A stretch of DNA of 63,641 bases, filler included, from Folioceros fuciformis (lineage: Eukaryota): assembly GCA_049999805.1 (NCBI GenBank). It is 6 parts of 6 records of this genome, joined end to end, with 100 filler letters (N's around TTAATTAATTAA, not from the genome) between each part and the next. Parts side by side here need not be neighbours in the genome. Positions count along the whole stretch, not along the records: positions 51,110 to 63,641 come from JBNGIO010001394.1; 5 more parts are not named here. The stretch is one strand, 5' to 3'. Positions 60,201 through 63,641 of this stretch are shown piece after piece; position 1 is the stretch's first letter, and the number at the start of each line of letters is the position of its first letter. The position numbers and the translations under genes are program-made. Under the pieces are notes generated by a model, which saw only the letters and a program-made list of their open reading frames with translations, was not told the origin of the DNA and searched no databases.

Positions 60201-61138
60201 CCCAAAGCGGGGTTACCCAGACTTGAACATGCCTGCAAGACGCACACAAATGTAACGGAATTGGGGACAGCTTTGCCCTCTTCTTGCATAGCATCAAAGA
60301 GACGAAGAGCCTCCTGCTGCATACCCTGGTGACAGTACCCTGCAATCAGAGCAGTCCATGAGACCACATCCTTCTGAGCAAGCCCATCGAACACCCTCTG
60401 AGCTTCTTCCAAGCTGCCACACTTTGCATACATGTCCAACAAGCAATTCCAGACAAACAAGTCCTGCTCAACCCCACTGGCCAACACGTGGGCATGCACC
60501 TCTTGTCCAGTTTTCAGGTCTGTCCTGTTCGTGCAAGCCTGAAGGGCTGCAACAAATACATGTCCATCTGGCTTCACACTTGACCTGTGCATCTGATGAT
60601 AGAGTTCTAAGGCCCGCTTGTCTTCACCATGCCTAACATGCGCAGCAATTATGGCGGAGAAGGTAAAAGCATCGGGTTTGGCAACTTGGGTGAACACATC
60701 CATCGCGTCTTGCAACCTGCCATAAGAAGCATGCATTCGCAGGATGTGGTTGCTGAGGAACGTGTCCGATCCACGCCCCTGCTTCACTACCAAAGCATGG
60801 ACACGACGACCCAAAACAAGATCCTTCTTGACTATACAACTTTTGAGAACAGTATAGAACAAAAACTTGGGAACACAAGATTCTGTCTGCACCAGCACTC
60901 CCAAAGCTTCGACGGCCGGCGTAAGATGGCCCTCAAGACATAGTTCACTCACGGTTTGGGCCACTACACCACTTTCATATCCTTCAGGCCTGCGAGGCCC
61001 AGGGCCATGCAGCAAGCTCCGGTTGAATTTCGAGCACGGTGGACCCAGTGGGCACGTGGAGCGTCGACCGGCACCCAAGCTGGAAGACCCCATTCCAGCC
61101 AGGCACCCACTTGGACAGGCTGCTTGCAGGTGTGACAT
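57284..61138 (-). CDS. PLS-class PPR protein (PPR3), 32 PPR motifs + E1/E2 + WW-type PG box, no deaminase
   Basis: Intronless 1284-aa ORF from a true ATG, with a Ser/Gly/Arg-rich N-terminus compatible with a transit peptide. Ends WKEPGRTWWTDMDGHVHSFFVWDQRYLNG*. Confidence 0.94.
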   Translation of the reverse strand: MSHLQAACPSGCLAGMGSSSLGAGRRSTCPLGPPCSKFNRSLLHGPGPRRPEGYESGVVAQTVSELCLEGHLTPAVEALGVLVQTESCVPKFLFYTVLKSCIVKKDLVLGRRVHALVVKQGRGSDTFLSNHILRMHASYGRLQDAMDVFTQVAKPDAFTFSAIIAAHVRHGEDKRALELYHQMHRSSVKPDGHVFVAALQACTNRTDLKTGQEVHAHVLASGVEQDLFVWNCLLDMYAKCGSLEEAQRVFDGLAQKDVVSWTALIAGYCHQGMQQEALRLFDAMQEEGKAVPNSVTFVCVLQACSSLGNPALGKGKQLHVQITGSGHEADVVVANSLVDMYAKCGSIEDAQRVFNGHEEKDVVTWNAMIAGYVQQGMAVEALRLLSDMLREGLTAPNVVTYVCLLQACASMGSLALEKGQELHTRIREQGYEADLLVANSLVNMYAKCGSLEDAQKLFDGLGRKDVVTWTTLIAGYFQRGMSQESLGLYSAMQVDGMVVPDAVTYMCLLQACASVGTPALDKGKQLHVQIQEHQLEADVSLANSLVDMYAKCGSLELARKVFDRLGHKDVVMWNAMITRYSQRGMGQEALCLYNAMLEEGISFPDSVTFVCLLQACASMGTQALDMGKQLHAQIREQGYQSDGFVASSLMNMYAKCGGLEDARRVFDGLDCKDVVTWNAMIAGYSQQSLGQEALDLYTVMQQEGMAAPNSATFVCLLQACASIGAPALAEGKHLHAQIRKAGYQADISVANSLVNMYAKCGSLEDARSVFDGLVEKDVVTWNAMIAGYSQKGRGQEALRLYHVMQEWMAVPDPLTFVSLLQACARIGPLALNKGRLLHAAIREHGHEAQTFVSSSLVNMYAKCGNLEDAQRMFDGLSRKDVGTWNAIIAGYSQQGRGHEALWMYSAMQDEGMTIPDSRTFVCVLQACSSLGCSASEKGKELHAHIRERGYQVDAFLASSLVNMYAQCSSIEDAGRVFEGLGAKHVVAWNAMIAAYSQQGLSQEALRAYTSMQEEDKIAPDSVTFVCLLQACADLGALHLGRQLHAQIQEQKLQVDLLVASSLIHMYGKCGSIIDAQQVFDALHERDAATWSALISGYSCQGDSEAVFYLIQRMKKDRIQPVGLTFVSILTVCSHVGLVKKGTEYFRAMTRDYGLSPTVEHYTCMVDLLGRAGRLTEALALARTMPVLPNAVIWHTLLASCRKWSNVEVGCHSFNEAVKLDKKDAAAYVLMSNIYTGAQMWEHAEAMQARRTRIGAWKEPGRTWWTDMDGHVHSFFVWDQRYLNG

Positions 61139-61928
61139 GATCTGGTTGTGCCCAACTGGTCTCCAGAATTGGGCTCATGGAATAAGGCACAGGAGCATGA
61201 TGTGCAGATGCTGATGGCACCGACCGGCCCTCACAGAGGTTCAGATGTCGGGAATGTTGTCTGAGAGTACCTGCCTAGTCTCATTATAGATGACCAGGCA
61301 GGCCTCATGGTTCTCAACAACTCGCACATTTTGCGTCCTCCCATCACATGCCAGGCCCCAGGACATGTTGGACCCCGTGAGCGAAACCTTTCTCTCCGGA
61401 CTGCAATAGAGACAGGAGCCCCAACTACTACCACTGCCCCACGACTCTTTGGCAGGTGTAAGGAATGGTGTACGAGTGCCGAGCGCTGGGTTTCAACTTG
61501 GACATCCATCTATTGGGTTTAAGACAAGGGAGAAAATACCAGCGAGGAACTTGCCAAGGCCCCAGGCGGGATACAACACTTGCCCTTGGCTTGTAGGCCG
61601 CGCTGTGTCATTCAGAGCTGTCACCCCTTCCAACTCTGAGGTATTCTGAGGTATCAATTTTGGGTTGCCATGCCTAGAATTTGGCAAGGCCTTGCGATCG
61701 GTATCTGTTTCTGCGATATTCAAGTTTGCTTTTAATGGAAAATATATAAGTTAGTATGAACTGACAATATAGATTAGAGTTATATAAATTGAGTAGAATA
61801 AGACAATTGTATGGAGATGTAGACTGCTGAGACGGAGATATATGGAGAGTGCTATAATCCATACTATATTGCCCTAGTCTTGTCTCTTTCCTGTCTTGTC
61901 TCTTGCTTTGTGCAACCACAGTCTCAAG

Positions 61929-62052
61929 TCTCAATTAGACGTATTGTGCAACCACAATCTCGCGTTCTTCTAGCAAATTGATACCAAGGTTCTCAATTAG
62001 ACGTATTGTGCAACCACAATCTCACGTTCTTCTAGCAAATTGATACCAAGGT
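61929..62052. repeat. 62-bp tandem duplication
   Basis: TCTCAATTAGACGTATTGTGCAACCACAATCTC(G/A)CGTTCTTCTAGCAAATTGATACCAAGGT x2. Confidence 0.9.
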
Positions 62053-62699
62053 TGTCCAAACCTATGTCTGCCTAGGTGGTGTTATCTACAAGCCAACACT
62101 CCAGAATATGAAGTTCTTCTATGATGGCAAATCGATGCCAAGGTTGTGTTAACCTATGTCTACCTATGTGGTGTTATGTACGGCCCAACACTCCAATGGA
62201 AGCTCTCTACCTCTACTTGTGTTCTTAAGGGTTTTGCCATTGATATCTAGGACTTGTGTTCTTGAGGGTATATCATCGACATCTAGGGTGCGGAAACAAT
62301 GCTCTCATATGCACAATCGAGGACATCCCCACCCAATAATGGTTGTTCAACATAGTTGCAGCTCCTTCAACAATGCATGCAACAAAGAGTTTTGGGAATC
62401 CTATTTCTCACTTGATGACTACTTCAAGGTGGAGGAAGTTCAAACATTCTTTCTTAGGCTCCACTTTACATGAAAGAGGTTCGTCCCCTTTGGCCATCTT
62501 GAGTTCGCCACCTACCTACTTGAACTTGAGGGATTGTTCCATCTAACCAACTTCCTACACAACCTCTATTCTTTGGAGGATGCATGGATTAGCTAACACA
62601 TTATGTCTGGAGTTACACTTATTTTAGGAGTGAGAGCAAGAGGATCTAATGTTATGTTCAAATCAAGCATGAGTGGATATGAGCACCCTTGAGCTACCT

Positions 62700-62930
62700 A
62701 TCAACAAAGCTTCAAGCCTCCTTAACAAAAAAGAATGAGGGATGTCACCAAGGATCGAGTTGAGACATTGCACAAGACATGTTGCTGTCCAAATTTGCTC
62801 AACCACTGACGAGAAATTTTGGATGAGGTAGCTAGCCATGAGATATCTATATTCACAAAATAGGTGACCACGGAATATATTCCTTTCCTAGAATACGTTG
62901 TTGTTTCTTCCACGAAGCACAACTAAGAAG
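62700..62930 (+). mobile_element. Highly degraded Gypsy-type RT fragment
   Basis: Remnant EILDEVASHEISIF resembling the Gypsy RT segment before the catalytic D-x-x-x-G-Y motif; broken frames. Confidence 0.3.
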
Positions 62931-63641
62931 AAGGGCCACTATCACTCCATGTGGGTTGTGCTGTACAAGCTACGCCTTCTGGGGCTGGGCTTGGCATCGC
63001 ACCGAAGGAGGAGAGCTGGTCACAAGACATTCGTCGGACTTTTTTTTATTTTTTGTTTTATATTTTCTGCCTGATTTGATATGGAGTGGGGATATGATTT
63101 TGGAAATGGTAGCATATACAATGCAGATCGTGATGACTGGAAATGAGTGTTCACGTGAAGACGGGGTGAGGTGTGACGTCGAGGAGGCAGCGACGAAAGG
63201 TGCCTGAAACCAACTGGGACCGGCAACTGGGGCGTGTGAAACTTCCGAGGAGCAGCCCGGGCCCGGCTTCCCAAAAGCCGGAACCGGATTAGCTGGCTCC
63301 GACGTGGTAATCAGCGTCTTGCACGTGTCCGAAGCGATATCTGAATCGAGGCCTGGATTGGGCCGTTGGGCCACCGCAGAAGAGTCGCGTTCACACCTTC
63401 CCGCGAGGGAGGAATGACTGACCGCGTTCCAAGGCCTCGCTTCTCTCGCGTCACAGATAAAGATCCGCCGCCGAATCTTTTGCGTGGCTGTGCATTCTTC
63501 CGCCCTTCTTTTATTCCGCCGTGGCTTTACCCGGTCCCTAGGTTTCGTGGACTAGGTTGCTCCTCACGACCCGGTTTCACTTTCGTGTTTTTATTCAGCG
63601 TGAAAGGCCATCACTTGGCTCTCCTTGGCCGGGGTCGGGAC

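Noticed and set aside
62956-63641. ORFs at the window end
   Set aside because: Non-ATG starts, no recognisable family, truncated context.

Overview
Eukaryotic plant nuclear DNA made of six contigs joined by an artificial 100-bp spacer (44 N + TTAATTAATTAA + 44 N), so adjacency across the spacers is unproven. Short introns, WW-type PLS PPR genes and a flagellar gene point to a seed-free land plant with motile sperm, most likely a hornwort (inference). Genes: three intronless PLS-class PPR RNA-editing-factor paralogues (26, 29 and 32 motifs), all ending just after a WW-type PG box with no deaminase; a decayed NAT10/Kre33 pseudogene; multi-exon FANCM with a U12 AT-AC intron; a SAUL1/PUB43-44-type U-box/ARM E3 ligase; a LysM-domain gene; the 3' exons of flagellar DRC10/IQCD (absent from the ORF track); and two small orphan ORFs. 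TE debris includes CRE/RLE-type LINEs, a Copia remnant, Gypsy-like pieces, an IS3EU-like DDE transposase and a 208-bp insertion with AG...CT ends. The most striking structure is a ~1.2-kb inverted duplication of the 3' end of PPR3 lying between PPR3 and PPR2. It could form a long fold-back RNA (candidate hairpin-siRNA/proto-MIRNA against the PPR family) and it supplies the first in-frame ATG of PPR2.
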